DNA of 61,890 bases from a bacterium (GTDB lineage Bacteria > Patescibacteriota > Minisyncoccia > Phycocordibacterales > UBA2100): the NCBI GenBank assembly GCA_030648265.1, contig JAUSHX010000040.1, positions 1 through 61,890 of the forward strand, given 5' to 3'. The notes under the pieces are model-generated. The model was not told where the DNA came from and did no database searches. It saw only the letters and a list, made by a program, of their open reading frames with translations. A program made the translations under genes and the position numbers. Positions 37,945 through 47,863 of this stretch are shown piece after piece; the first letter of the stretch is position 1, and each line of letters begins with the position of its first letter.

Positions 37945-38520
37945 ATGTACCAGAAATATCACACCGACGCGCTCGTTTTAGGAAGCCGCGAGATGGGCGA
38001 ATCGGACAGAATGCTCGCACTTTACACGCGCGATTTCGGGCTTGTGCGGGCGCGGGGCAGGGGAATCCGCGCGGCCAAATCAAAAATGCGGTACGCGCTT
38101 CAGAATTATTCTCTCGCGAATGTTTCGCTCGTTCGCGGCAAGCAGGGATGGCGACTTGCAGGAGCGACGGCGTTAGGGAATGCCGGCGGGAAAGACATTC
38201 ACGGAAGAATGGCGTTTGCGCGCATTGCCAATCTGGTCTCACGCTTTGTCACGGGTGAAGAGGCGCATCGCGCCCTCTTTGATATTTTGCGCGAAGCACA
38301 CTCTGCTCTCACACAGAGAGAATGCGAGGCGTGGGCTACCATTGAACTCGTCTGTGTCGCACGCGTTCTCTACGCACTCGGCTACATTTCAAACGAAGCG
38401 CTTAACTTGGCTCTTCTTACACATACTGCATACGCGGATGAGCACTTGCGCGAAGCAGAACTTGTGCGCGACGAGTTACTCTCTTCCATCAATCGCGCTA
38501 TTACAGAAACGCATCTGTAG
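37945..38520 (+). CDS. recO: DNA repair protein RecO (short form)
   Basis: 191-aa ORF with TDALVLGSREMGESDRMLALYTRDFGLVRARGRGIR, the RecO OB-fold N-terminus. Confidence 0.7.
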   Translation: MYQKYHTDALVLGSREMGESDRMLALYTRDFGLVRARGRGIRAAKSKMRYALQNYSLANVSLVRGKQGWRLAGATALGNAGGKDIHGRMAFARIANLVSRFVTGEEAHRALFDILREAHSALTQRECEAWATIELVCVARVLYALGYISNEALNLALLTHTAYADEHLREAELVRDELLSSINRAITETHL

Positions 38521-38589
38521 CATATGTACTGGCCCCGTAAAGTCGCTTCGCGACCACGGGGTTAGAAAAACTCTGGTATTATTCAGCGT

Positions 38590-40545
38590 ATGGACCCGAT
38601 GCCGAACGAGGAGGAAAAAATGAATCGTTTGCGCCGCGCAATGTACTCGCGCTCGCTCTCTCCAAAATTCAAAGACAAGGAACGGCGCACGCTTGAAGGT
38701 GATAGAACCGACATATCGGAGGATTGGAATCGGAAGGAGCCAGAATTACAAGGCACGATGGTCGCTCCGAGAATTTCCACGGCGTGGAGTGGTGCGGTGC
38801 GATGGCTCGGCATAGCACTCGTCGCGTTTTTTATCGGTGCCGTTGGATTTTTCGCATACTATTTTACGATAGGCGGAGGTTCCTCGCCCGCATCTTCCGG
38901 GAATATCGGGATATCAATTTCCGGCCCAACGCGCGTGTCCGGGGGAGAACCGACGGAACTCCAAATCACCATTTCAAATCAGAATCAGGTCGGACTTGCG
39001 CTTGCCGACCTGATTATTCTGTATCCCCCGGGCACGCGCATGTCGCCGAACATTCCAACTGACGTGCCTTCGCAACGCATTTCAATCGGGACGATAAAAC
39101 CGGGAGGTGTTGTGAACGTGCCGGTACGGGCGGTATTTGCCGGCGCGGAAGGCGGGCAGGCGGTTTTGAAAGCACAACTTGAATACCGGGTTGCCGGCTC
39201 TAGCGCGGTTTTTGTTGCGGCTTCCCCGGATTATGTTCTCGCATTCAGTTCCAGCCCTCTTACCGTGTCAATAGATGGAAATACCGAAACTGTTTCCGGC
39301 CAGCCGATATCGCTCACAATGACCGTTACCTCAAACGCCACGGCCCCGATAAAAGATGTGTTGTTGAGTATCGGGTATCCGTTCGGGTTTACATTTTCTT
39401 CCGCAAGTCCGAGACAGGTCAGTACCGGCCTGTGGGAGCTAGGAAATATAATGCCGGGAACTTCTTTTCGCGTGAGCCTGAACGGGACGCTTGCCGGTGA
39501 GCCGGGCGATGAGCGCGTTTTCCGCATTTCTCTCGGTACCAGAAAAACGAAAGATAGTCCCGGTATAGACACGGTGTTTTCCGAAACGCCATATCGTATG
39601 GCAATATCAAAACCGTTTTTGGGACTTTCTGTTTCCGTGAACAGGTCAAATGGGGGAAGCGTGGTTGTTACTCCCGGAGGCGAGGTGAACGTGGCTGTCT
39701 CGTGGAAGAATAATCTCACCACGGAAATCACCGATGCTGTTATCGTTGCGCGGCTTTCAGGATTTCCGATTGACGGCTCAACCGTCAAAACTCTGGACGG
39801 TTTTTATCGCTCTTCCGACAACGCGGTGTTGTGGGACAAGACAACGACATCGGGGACGCTTGCGTCCGTCGCTTCCGGTGCCGAGGGAACAGTAAACTTC
39901 TTTTTCCAAATGCCTTCAAGCGATGTCCTGCAGACTCTGCGAAACCCGAATCTTACCGTCACGGTACACGCCGCGGGCAAACGTCTTTCGGAGTCCGGCG
40001 TTCCGGAAAGTCTCCAGTCCACTGCCTCGCAAACAATCAAGGTGGCCAGCGACTTGGGTATTGCTGCCGAGGGACATTACCATGATAATCCGTTCGGTGT
40101 CTCGGGGTCTTTGCCTCCGCAGGCCGGCAAGGAAACAACGTACGCGATACTTTTCACGGTGACGAATACCACAAGCAAAATAAAGAATGCGAAGCTCACA
40201 GCAGTGCTCCCTGTTTACGTGCGTTCGCTTGGTCCCACAATGTATGCGCCGCTTTCGGAGAAAATCACGTTCAACAGAGATGACGGCTCGCTTACATGGG
40301 TTATCGGTGACATAGAGCCGGGTGTCGGGGTCAATGGCGCCGCTCCGCGACAAGCAGCGATTGCCGTAGGATTTACGCCCTCCACGAGTCAAATCGGGAC
40401 ACAGCCGGTTATCTTGAAAGACATCTCTCTCTCGGGTACCGATGCTGCGACCGGTGCGGATGTCTCGCGCACGGCTCCGGATGTGACGACCAATCTTCTG
40501 AACGACCCGGGATTCAGCCCCACGGAGGCGGTGGTAGTTAGATAA
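38590..40545 (+). CDS. Membrane-anchored extracytoplasmic protein with repeated beta-rich (Ig/CARDB-like) modules
   Basis: 651-aa ORF. A charged N-terminus is followed by one TM helix (WLGIALVAFFIGAVGFFAYYF), then about 550 aa that are S/T/G/V-rich with a repeating pattern. Confidence 0.6.
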   Translation: MDPMPNEEEKMNRLRRAMYSRSLSPKFKDKERRTLEGDRTDISEDWNRKEPELQGTMVAPRISTAWSGAVRWLGIALVAFFIGAVGFFAYYFTIGGGSSPASSGNIGISISGPTRVSGGEPTELQITISNQNQVGLALADLIILYPPGTRMSPNIPTDVPSQRISIGTIKPGGVVNVPVRAVFAGAEGGQAVLKAQLEYRVAGSSAVFVAASPDYVLAFSSSPLTVSIDGNTETVSGQPISLTMTVTSNATAPIKDVLLSIGYPFGFTFSSASPRQVSTGLWELGNIMPGTSFRVSLNGTLAGEPGDERVFRISLGTRKTKDSPGIDTVFSETPYRMAISKPFLGLSVSVNRSNGGSVVVTPGGEVNVAVSWKNNLTTEITDAVIVARLSGFPIDGSTVKTLDGFYRSSDNAVLWDKTTTSGTLASVASGAEGTVNFFFQMPSSDVLQTLRNPNLTVTVHAAGKRLSESGVPESLQSTASQTIKVASDLGIAAEGHYHDNPFGVSGSLPPQAGKETTYAILFTVTNTTSKIKNAKLTAVLPVYVRSLGPTMYAPLSEKITFNRDDGSLTWVIGDIEPGVGVNGAAPRQAAIAVGFTPSTSQIGTQPVILKDISLSGTDAATGADVSRTAPDVTTNLLNDPGFSPTEAVVVR

Positions 40546-40643
40546 AGAAGTATATAGTATTTTGTATATCGTATCTCGTATATTAGGAAATTCTGAGGTT
40601 TCAATACAATATACTAAATACCATATACAAAATACTGAATCCT

Positions 40644-41939
40644 ATGTCTGAAGTTACGATGGAAAAGATAGTTTCGCTCGCAAAAAGGCGCGGCTTTGTA
40701 TATCCTGGTTCCGAGATTTACGGCGGGTTTTCGGGGTTCTGGGATTACGGTCCGCTTGGCATCGCGCTCAAGAGAAACATAGAGAATCTCTGGTGGAGAA
40801 TGTTCGTAGAGAATCGTGATGACATGTTCGGGATTGATGCGGCCATTTTTATGCAAAAGCAAGCGTGGGAGGCGAGCGGACACGTGAAAGGATTTTCGGA
40901 CCCGATGGTTGAATGCAAAAAATGCAAGAAGCGGTTTCGTGCCGACCAAGTGGGCGATGCGTGCCCGGAATGCGGCGGAAACTTCGGAGAAGTACGGCAA
41001 TTCAACATGATGTTTAAGATGCACGTGGGAGCTACGGAGGACGAATCAGCGGTTTCTTATTTGCGCCCGGAGACTGCGGGGGGCATATTCGTCAATTTTA
41101 AGAATATTATTGATTCGTTCCATCCGAAATTGCCATTCGGAATCGCTCAAATAGGCAAAGCGTTTCGTAACGAGATAGCCCCACGCGATTTTATCTTTCG
41201 CGTGCGTGAAATGGAACAAATGGAGATAGAGTATTTTGTGCGACCTGATGAGTGGGAACGGTGGTTTGTGGCATGGCGTGAAGAAATCTTTATGTTCTTT
41301 GAAGCCATCGGTGTCGCGCGTGACTTCATTCACGAATCGGAGATAGGGGATGGTGACCGCGCGCACTATTCCAAGCGCACGATTGATTTTGAATACGACT
41401 TTCCCTTCGGTCGCAAAGAATTGTGCGGACTCGCGTACAGGACTGATTTTGATCTCTCTGCGCATGCGAAAGCATCCGGGGTTGACCTCTCCGTTGTGGT
41501 TAACGATGTCACCGGAGAAAAAGTAATTCCGCATGTGATTGAACCTTCCTTCGGCGTTGACCGCGCGATTCTCGCACTCCTCGCTTCTGTGTACACGGAA
41601 GATACGCTGGGGGATGAGACACGGGTCTATCTCAAATTTAATCCAATAGTTGCTCCTATTAAGGCGGCCGTGTTTCCACTCCTGAAGAATAAGCCGGAAC
41701 TTGTCGCGAAGGCGCGCGAAGTCTACACAGAATTAAAAAAGACAGTGCCGCAAATAATGTGGGATGACAACGGCAACATCGGGAAGCGTTACCGCCGGCA
41801 GGATGAAATCGGCACGCCGGTTTGCATCACGATTGATTTTCAAACACTGGAAGATGATACGGTTACCATTAGAAATCGGGATACAGGTGTGCAGGAACGT
41901 GTTTCAACCTCTTTACTTTCAAAACACGTTCTTGCATAG
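40644..41939 (+). CDS. glyQS: Glycine--tRNA ligase (alpha2 type)
   Basis: 431-aa ORF with RRGFVYPGSEIYGGFSGFWDYGPLG, YLRPETAGGIF and FRNEI. Confidence 0.9.
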   Translation: MSEVTMEKIVSLAKRRGFVYPGSEIYGGFSGFWDYGPLGIALKRNIENLWWRMFVENRDDMFGIDAAIFMQKQAWEASGHVKGFSDPMVECKKCKKRFRADQVGDACPECGGNFGEVRQFNMMFKMHVGATEDESAVSYLRPETAGGIFVNFKNIIDSFHPKLPFGIAQIGKAFRNEIAPRDFIFRVREMEQMEIEYFVRPDEWERWFVAWREEIFMFFEAIGVARDFIHESEIGDGDRAHYSKRTIDFEYDFPFGRKELCGLAYRTDFDLSAHAKASGVDLSVVVNDVTGEKVIPHVIEPSFGVDRAILALLASVYTEDTLGDETRVYLKFNPIVAPIKAAVFPLLKNKPELVAKAREVYTELKKTVPQIMWDDNGNIGKRYRRQDEIGTPVCITIDFQTLEDDTVTIRNRDTGVQERVSTSLLSKHVLA

Positions 41940-42000
41940 GTCTCCTGGCTGCCGGCGGGCCATTTAGCGCACATTTTCCAATCGTGCTAGGATTGAGCCA

Positions 42001-43065
42001 ATGTCAGAGCGTCCACTAAACATCTCTATAACGCTTGGCACGGTGGTGAAGACCATTCTCATGCTTGCCTGCGCGTGGGCCCTGTTTTATCTGCGCGACA
42101 TCGTACTCGTTGTTGTGACGGCGATAGTATTTGCTTCCGCGATGGAACCGGGCGTTGCCGGACTGATAAAGCGGAAAGTGCCGCGGCTCCTCTCCGTGAT
42201 ACTCATCTACCTCCTTCTGTTCTGCGTGTTTTTCGGGATATTTTATTTTTTCCTGCCTTCTGTTTTGGAAGACTTGGCGACATTCGTGTCCGCTCTGCCA
42301 AATTATCTTGACGCATTTAGCCGCGTCGGAGCGTTTGACGAATATGCGCGCATTTTGGGAATTGCCACGCCGAGCGCTCTGTCCACTAACGACATCATGG
42401 ATACCGTGCGCAGCACCCTGAATTTAGGCGGGACATTCGGTAACGCATTCAGCGCGGTGAGCAACGTGTTCGGTGGAGTAGTTTCTTTCATACTTATTAT
42501 TGTTCTATCTTTCTATTTTGCCGTCATAGAGACCGGCGTGGAAGATTTCCTGCGCATAGTTTCTCCAAAGAAATATGAGTCATACGTACTTAACCTTTGG
42601 AGCCGTTCACAACATAAGATCGGGCTCTGGATGCAGGGACAGTTGCTCCTCGCGGTCATCATGGGAGTTCTTATATACCTCGGCCTTACGATTTTGGGAG
42701 TCAAGCACAGCCTGTTTCTTGCGGTCGTCGCCGCGGTCTTTGAGATTATTCCCGTCTTTGGCCCGACGCTTGCTTCCGTTCCCGCCGTCATCATCGCATT
42801 CGTTGACGGTGGCGCAACGCTTGGGCTTCTTACTGTCGCGCTATACATCATTGCACAGCAGTTTGAAAACCACCTGATTTACCCTCTGGTGGTAACGCGC
42901 GTGGTCGGAGTTCCTCCGCTTCTCGTTATCTTGGCGCTTATAATCGGGGCGAAACTCGCAGGGTTTCTGGGCGTGCTTCTTTCTGTGCCGATAGCCGGTG
43001 CGCTTCAGGAATTTATCAAAGACGTGGAAAGCAAGCGCACATTCGCCAGTGCGGAAGAAGAATAA
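42001..43065 (+). CDS. AI-2E family transporter (PerM/UPF0118)
   Basis: 354-aa ORF with about 8 TM segments and the characteristic ...IPVFGP...QQFENHLIYPLV... region. Confidence 0.8.
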   Translation: MSERPLNISITLGTVVKTILMLACAWALFYLRDIVLVVVTAIVFASAMEPGVAGLIKRKVPRLLSVILIYLLLFCVFFGIFYFFLPSVLEDLATFVSALPNYLDAFSRVGAFDEYARILGIATPSALSTNDIMDTVRSTLNLGGTFGNAFSAVSNVFGGVVSFILIIVLSFYFAVIETGVEDFLRIVSPKKYESYVLNLWSRSQHKIGLWMQGQLLLAVIMGVLIYLGLTILGVKHSLFLAVVAAVFEIIPVFGPTLASVPAVIIAFVDGGATLGLLTVALYIIAQQFENHLIYPLVVTRVVGVPPLLVILALIIGAKLAGFLGVLLSVPIAGALQEFIKDVESKRTFASAEEE

Positions 43066-43070
43066 TCCCC

Positions 43071-44600
43071 ATGGAGAAGAAGGCCTTCTACCTCACGACC
43101 ACGCTTCCGTATGTAAACGCGGAGCCGCACATCGGTTTCGCGCTTGAAATAGTCCATGCGGATATCGCTGTGCGATACCACAAGCTCTGCGGCTATGAGG
43201 TCTTTTTTAATACTGGAACGGACGAGCACGGAATTAAAATTTACCGCAACGCGCTTGAAGAAGGGAAAGACCCGCAAAAATACGTGGATGGGTACGCGGA
43301 GAAATTCCAGAATCTAAAGGAAAAGCTGAACTTATATCCAGACCTGCATTTCATCCGCACGACTGAGCCGCGCCATGTGGCGGCGGCGCAGGAATTCTGG
43401 AGGCGTTGCTCAAACAACGGCGATATTTATAAAAAGAACTACACGACAAAGTATTGCGTCGGGTGCGAGCTTGAGAAGACAGAGTCGGAGCTGGTAAACG
43501 GCGCGTGCGCCATACATCCCAATCTCGCGGTAGAGCTGATAGAGGAGGAGAATTATTTCTTTCGATTTTCAAACTATCGCGCGCGGCTCATTGATATGTA
43601 TGAGAAAAGGCCTGACCTTGTGATTCCGGGATACCGGTTCAATGAAATACGGCGTTTTGTAGAGGATGGGCTTCAGGATTTCAGCATCTCGCGCTTAAAA
43701 AAGAAGATGCCGTGGGGTGTCGCAGTGCCGGATGACCCGGAACACGTGATGTATGTATGGTTTGATGCGCTAATCAGTTACATCTCCACCCTTGGATGGC
43801 CAAAGGACGAAACTAACTTTACGAAGTTCTGGGGCACTGTTGTGAAGCCGAACGGCATTCAAATGGCGGGGAAGGACCAGATACGGCAACAGGCGGCGAT
43901 GTGGCAGGCGATGCTCATGTCAGCCGGCCTGCCACCCTCAAAGCACATCCTCATACACGGATTTATCAACGTCGGGGGGCAAAAAATGTCCAAGTCGCTC
44001 GGCAATGTCATTGACCCCATAGCGATAGTTGATGAATATGGCGCAGACGCCTTGCGGTACTATCTTGCCCGCCACATTCATCCGTTTGAAGATTCCGATT
44101 TCACGATGGAGAAATTCAAGGAATCGTACAACGCCAATCTTGCTAATGGTCTGGGGAATTTGGCTGCGCGTGTCATGAAGCTCGCTGAAACACACTTGTC
44201 GGAGCCGGTGAAGATTGAATTTGTTCCGTATCCGGCAGAGTTCACGCAGGCACTAGACAGATACGAGGTAAACACAGCAATGGATTATGTTTGGCGTCGC
44301 ATACAGGCGCTTGACCAGAAAATCAATATAACGGAACCTTTCAAGATAGTGAAAACGGACAAGGAAAAAGCCGTTGCCCTCATTGAAGAACTCGTGCGTG
44401 AACTTGCTTTTATCGATGAAATGCTTGAGCCGCTCTTGCCGGCGACCGCAGGGAAAATAATCAATGCAATCATGGGCAACAAAAAACCCGAGAATCTCTT
44501 TCCGCGCAAGGAAGAGCAGGTTTCGTCCAGTGGACGCGTTCCGCATTTCGCAATGCCCAAAAATAAAAAGAAGAAAAAAGGAGATCTGAATTTTTCTTAG
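43071..44600 (+). CDS. metG: Methionine--tRNA ligase
   Basis: 509-aa ORF with LPYVNAEPHIGF (HIGH-like) and KMSKSLGN. It has a Lys-rich C-terminal tail. Confidence 0.9.
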   Translation: MEKKAFYLTTTLPYVNAEPHIGFALEIVHADIAVRYHKLCGYEVFFNTGTDEHGIKIYRNALEEGKDPQKYVDGYAEKFQNLKEKLNLYPDLHFIRTTEPRHVAAAQEFWRRCSNNGDIYKKNYTTKYCVGCELEKTESELVNGACAIHPNLAVELIEEENYFFRFSNYRARLIDMYEKRPDLVIPGYRFNEIRRFVEDGLQDFSISRLKKKMPWGVAVPDDPEHVMYVWFDALISYISTLGWPKDETNFTKFWGTVVKPNGIQMAGKDQIRQQAAMWQAMLMSAGLPPSKHILIHGFINVGGQKMSKSLGNVIDPIAIVDEYGADALRYYLARHIHPFEDSDFTMEKFKESYNANLANGLGNLAARVMKLAETHLSEPVKIEFVPYPAEFTQALDRYEVNTAMDYVWRRIQALDQKINITEPFKIVKTDKEKAVALIEELVRELAFIDEMLEPLLPATAGKIINAIMGNKKPENLFPRKEEQVSSSGRVPHFAMPKNKKKKKGDLNFS

Positions 44601-44602
44601 AC

Positions 44603-45520
44603 ATGATTAAATACTTTGACGCACATACGCATACGAATTTTGCCGCGTATAACGAGGACCGCGAGGAGGTGATTCTGCGCGCAAAGGACGCGGGGGTGGG
44701 AATGAACGTTGTCGGAACACAATTAGATACGTCCAAGGATGCGGTCGCTCTCGCGGAAAAATACAAGCATGTGTATGCCACTATCGGCCTCCATCCGGTG
44801 CATACAACCAAGTCGTACCACGATGAGAAAGAACTCGGCCCCTCCTTCGCCCCTCCTTCGCATAAAGCTTCGGAAGGGCACGGCAAGGATTCGAAGGGCA
44901 AGGAAGGGAAGGAAGGATTCACATCCCGTGGCGAGGTGTTTAACGTGGCTGCCTACGAAGCACTCGGAAAAAGTCCGCGCGTCATCGCTGTCGGCGAGTG
45001 CGGTCTTGATTATTACCGCTCGGACGAAAGCACAAAAGAAATCCAGAAAAATGCATTCATACAACAGATAGAGCTTGCCAACAAACTCGGGAAGCCACTC
45101 ATGCTCCACATCAGACCCTCCGTCGCCAATGCTATGGCGGGCAAGAATGCTTACGAAGATGCGCTCGAAATCATCAAAGCGCATGCAAAAGTGAAAGGCG
45201 ATGTGCACTTTTTCGCAGGGGATTGGGGAATCGCAAAGAAATTCCTTGATATCGGATTCACACTCTCCTTTACCGGCGTCATCACATTCACACATGACTA
45301 TGACGAGGTCGTGAAAAATGCACCGCTTGACATGCTCCTCTCCGAAACAGACGCTCCGTATGTCACGCCAGTGCCATTTCGCGGAAAGCGCAACGAACCC
45401 TTGCATGTTCAAGAGGTGGTCCGCGCCATTGCAAATATCCGAGGCGAGGATTTTGAAAAGGCAAGTATCCAAATAATGGCTAATTCTCGACGTGTTTTTG
45501 GGCTTGACAAGATTGTCTAA
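44603..45520 (+). CDS. tatD: TatD-family metal-dependent hydrolase with a low-complexity insertion
   Basis: 305-aa ORF with FDAHTHTNF, AVGECGLDYY, LMLHIR, HFFAG and ETDAPY. An extra segment GPSFAPPSHKASEGHGKDSKGKEGKEG follows the first HP motif. Confidence 0.85.
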   Translation: MIKYFDAHTHTNFAAYNEDREEVILRAKDAGVGMNVVGTQLDTSKDAVALAEKYKHVYATIGLHPVHTTKSYHDEKELGPSFAPPSHKASEGHGKDSKGKEGKEGFTSRGEVFNVAAYEALGKSPRVIAVGECGLDYYRSDESTKEIQKNAFIQQIELANKLGKPLMLHIRPSVANAMAGKNAYEDALEIIKAHAKVKGDVHFFAGDWGIAKKFLDIGFTLSFTGVITFTHDYDEVVKNAPLDMLLSETDAPYVTPVPFRGKRNEPLHVQEVVRAIANIRGEDFEKASIQIMANSRRVFGLDKIV

Positions 45521-45532
45521 TGGGTGTATAGT
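45504..45532 (+). promoter_or_regulatory. Sigma70-like promoter overlapping the tatD stop
   Basis: TTGACA (45504-45509), a 17-nt spacer, then TATAGT (45527-45532). It would drive a roughly 150-nt leader before the ATG at 45694. Confidence 0.5.
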
Positions 45533-45693
45533 TCTCGGCAGTAGAGGATCAGGTTAAAGCCTCTCTCAAAAACTTTCCATAGGACGCGGTGTCATTACCG
45601 TGGGCTGTGGAATTTTTTTGTAGGGAGAATCCTCTGCAAATGTAACTCAACCCATGAGCCGCGTCACAGCGGCTCTTTGACATTATAGGAGAA

Positions 45694-46065
45694 ATGGAAA
45701 TGGAACTCAACGAAATTCCCGAAGTTTCTGGCGTTAAAATGTCGGCAATGTTAAAGTTTATCGTTGCAGAAGTCGTCTGTGGCAAGGAGAAACGGCTTGT
45801 TGTTCGGGCCGATTTGTTCGTACGAAAGTCATCGGAAGATGAGCGTGACTTATCTCACGACGATATTCTCAACGCCCTCTACGAGGAGCTAAAAGATGTC
45901 GGAAAGCCAAAGATGCTTGGTGGAGGATGGCTCTACGTGGGTGAAGATCGCATCGTGATTCACAGCGACAGCTATGAGTATGGGATTGAGCCAGATCGCC
46001 AAGCCACAGCCGACATGCTTCGGCGGGCTTTCCCCGAACGCAAAATCGAGATTGAGACATCATGA
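45694..46065 (+). CDS. Hypothetical protein
   Basis: 123-aa ORF preceded by AGGAGA. No recognisable motif. Confidence 0.45.
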   Translation: MEMELNEIPEVSGVKMSAMLKFIVAEVVCGKEKRLVVRADLFVRKSSEDERDLSHDDILNALYEELKDVGKPKMLGGGWLYVGEDRIVIHSDSYEYGIEPDRQATADMLRRAFPERKIEIETS

Positions 46066-46078
46066 GCGGGGTGGTCTA

Positions 46079-46312
46079 ATGCCAATATTCAGGACGCCCA
46101 ATCCACCGGGACCACGCATAGGTAAGGTCTTACAGGTCGTGGGCATACCCATGATGTGGGTCGGCATACTTGGTCTGGTTTACATGATGGTAGTTTGGCC
46201 AAGTACCAATCCATACGTTCTGTGGTTAATCCCGCATCTTTCCCTCTCGGCACTTTTCCTCGGTCCCATTCTGGCCACAATAGGTGTGGTGATCTACAAA
46301 GGACCCGCGTAG
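46079..46312 (+). CDS. Hypothetical small membrane protein (2 TM helices)
   Basis: ORF 45974..46312 trimmed to the ATG at 46079 (MPIFRTPNPPG...). It has two hydrophobic helices and follows the previous ORF by 13 nt. Confidence 0.4.
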   Translation: MPIFRTPNPPGPRIGKVLQVVGIPMMWVGILGLVYMMVVWPSTNPYVLWLIPHLSLSALFLGPILATIGVVIYKGPA

Positions 46313-46377
46313 ATGACTTGGAGTTGAGCCGACTGGCTGGAAAGCAACAGGAAGTAACGCGACATTCTAGGTCGTAC

Positions 46378-46411
46378 AACAGGGAAGCAGAAATGCTCCC
46401 CTGTTTTTTTT
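46378..46411 (+). terminator. Rho-independent terminator
   Basis: AACAGGGAAGCA-GAAA-TGCTCCCCTGTT followed by a T8 run. Confidence 0.7.
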
Positions 46412-46458
46412 ATGAGCTATTGCCTGGTGCCTAGTGGCTGTGTTAGAGTGCCCGTTAC

Positions 46459-47046
46459 ATGACAACCGACGAAACAGCAATCTTAGACACGGAAGTGGCG
46501 GCCTTGCCCATTGATGATGGAGTAGCCGAGCCGCTTGAGGTGAGCGCAGTCGAACCTCGCATATACGAAATCGGCTATCATATTATCCCTACGGTAAAGG
46601 AAGATGATGTTGAAAAAACGGTTGGCGAAATTCGCAGTGCCATTGAATCCGCCGGAGGCGGACCCTCCTCCGGAGGAAAAGCAACATTTATTGCCGAAGG
46701 AGCGCCGTCGTTGATAAAACTTGCATATCCGATGTCGGTACGCGAAGGGGAGAAGTACACCGAGTATGACCGGGGTTATTTTGGATGGATAAAGTTTGAG
46801 GCACCTGCTTCCATGGTGGCTGTCTTGAATAACGCGCTCAAATCAAATCTCAGCGTCCTCCGTTTTGTCATCTGGAAGACTGTGCGCGAAGATACGCGTG
46901 CAAAGATAAAGCCGCCTACAATGCGCGAGGTGAAGCGCACAGACATCATTAAACCGGCGCCGCGCCGCGCCGTTGCGGAAGAAAGCGCCGCGCCTGTTTC
47001 CGAAGAAGACTTGGAGAAAGCTCTGCAGGACATAACTACAGAATAG
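46459..47046 (+). CDS. rpsF: 30S ribosomal protein S6 with N- and C-terminal extensions
   Basis: 195-aa ORF. The core IYEIGYHIIPTV...LAYPM...GYFGWIKFEAP...LRFVIWKT is bS6-like. The classical rpsF-ssb-rpsR order supports the call. Confidence 0.75.
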   Translation: MTTDETAILDTEVAALPIDDGVAEPLEVSAVEPRIYEIGYHIIPTVKEDDVEKTVGEIRSAIESAGGGPSSGGKATFIAEGAPSLIKLAYPMSVREGEKYTEYDRGYFGWIKFEAPASMVAVLNNALKSNLSVLRFVIWKTVREDTRAKIKPPTMREVKRTDIIKPAPRRAVAEESAAPVSEEDLEKALQDITTE

Positions 47047-47225
47047 GTTTAGAAAAATAAGAAGCAAAGCGACTATATTTTTCTTAACCCAGCACCTTTT
47101 CCCGCAACATGGCTTTACTTGCTCAAAACGTTATAGAAAGGTATTATTTTCTGGTCACACGGATGAACTTAAAAGGTGCTGGGTGTAAGATTTTCTAGCT
47201 CGCTTCGCTCACAACAAAATCTAAC
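47047..47225 (+). repeat. Structured intergenic spacer, copy 2 (rpsF-ssb)
   Basis: Same conserved ends as copy 1. The stem pairs 47083-47100 (CTTAACCCAGCACCTTTT) with 47171-47189 (AAAAGGTGCTGGGTGTAAG). It ends ...AATCTAAC-ATG. Confidence 0.75.
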
Positions 47226-47684
47226 ATGTACATAAACAAAGTCATTTTATTTGGAAATTTAACGCGCGACCCGGAGTTGAAAGCGCTTCCGTCCGGCACG
47301 AATGTCGTTAGCTTCGGGCTCGCCACGAATCGAGTTTTTCGCGACCGCGACGGCAAGAAGCAGGAACAAACCGACTTCCACAACATCGTAGTATTTGGCA
47401 AGCAGGCCGATGCAGTGTCCCAGTACCTGAAGAAGGGAAACTCTGCGTTTATAGAAGGGCGTATACAAATGCGCAGTTGGGACGACAAGACAAGCGGAGA
47501 GAAAAAGTACAAAACCGATATAATCGCGGAGCGCGTTCAATTCGGCCCGAAGGGAGGAGGCGGCGCGGGTTCAGGCGCGAGCTCTAGAGGTAAGGGCGAA
47601 GAGCCGGCGAGTGAGGCGCAGGCCGGAGGAAACGGCATTGAATATCCGAAGGATGATATTAATCCTGACGACATTCCATTTTAG
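47226..47684 (+). CDS. ssb: Single-stranded DNA-binding protein
   Basis: 152-aa ORF starting MYINKVILFGNLTRDPELKALPSG, with an OB fold, a Gly-rich linker and an acidic tail DDINPDDIPF. Confidence 0.9.
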   Translation: MYINKVILFGNLTRDPELKALPSGTNVVSFGLATNRVFRDRDGKKQEQTDFHNIVVFGKQADAVSQYLKKGNSAFIEGRIQMRSWDDKTSGEKKYKTDIIAERVQFGPKGGGGAGSGASSRGKGEEPASEAQAGGNGIEYPKDDINPDDIPF

Positions 47685-47863
47685 TAGAAAAATAATGAGC
47701 GGAGCGAATATATTTTTCACTACCCAGCACCTTTTCAAAACATTAATATTTCTTGCTTAATATACCATTAAACGTTATTATCTTCCGACTGACAGCACTC
47801 TTAGCGTGAAAGGTGCTGGGTGTAAGAGCTTCTAAGCTCGAATACTCGCTAAGAATCTCTAAC
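47685..47863 (+). repeat. Structured intergenic spacer, copy 3 (ssb-rpsR)
   Basis: Conserved ends AAAATAATGAGCGGAGCGAATATATTTTT and GGGTGTAAGAGCTTCTAA...AAGAATCTCTAAC-ATG. The stem pairs 47722-47735 with 47808-47821. Confidence 0.75.
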
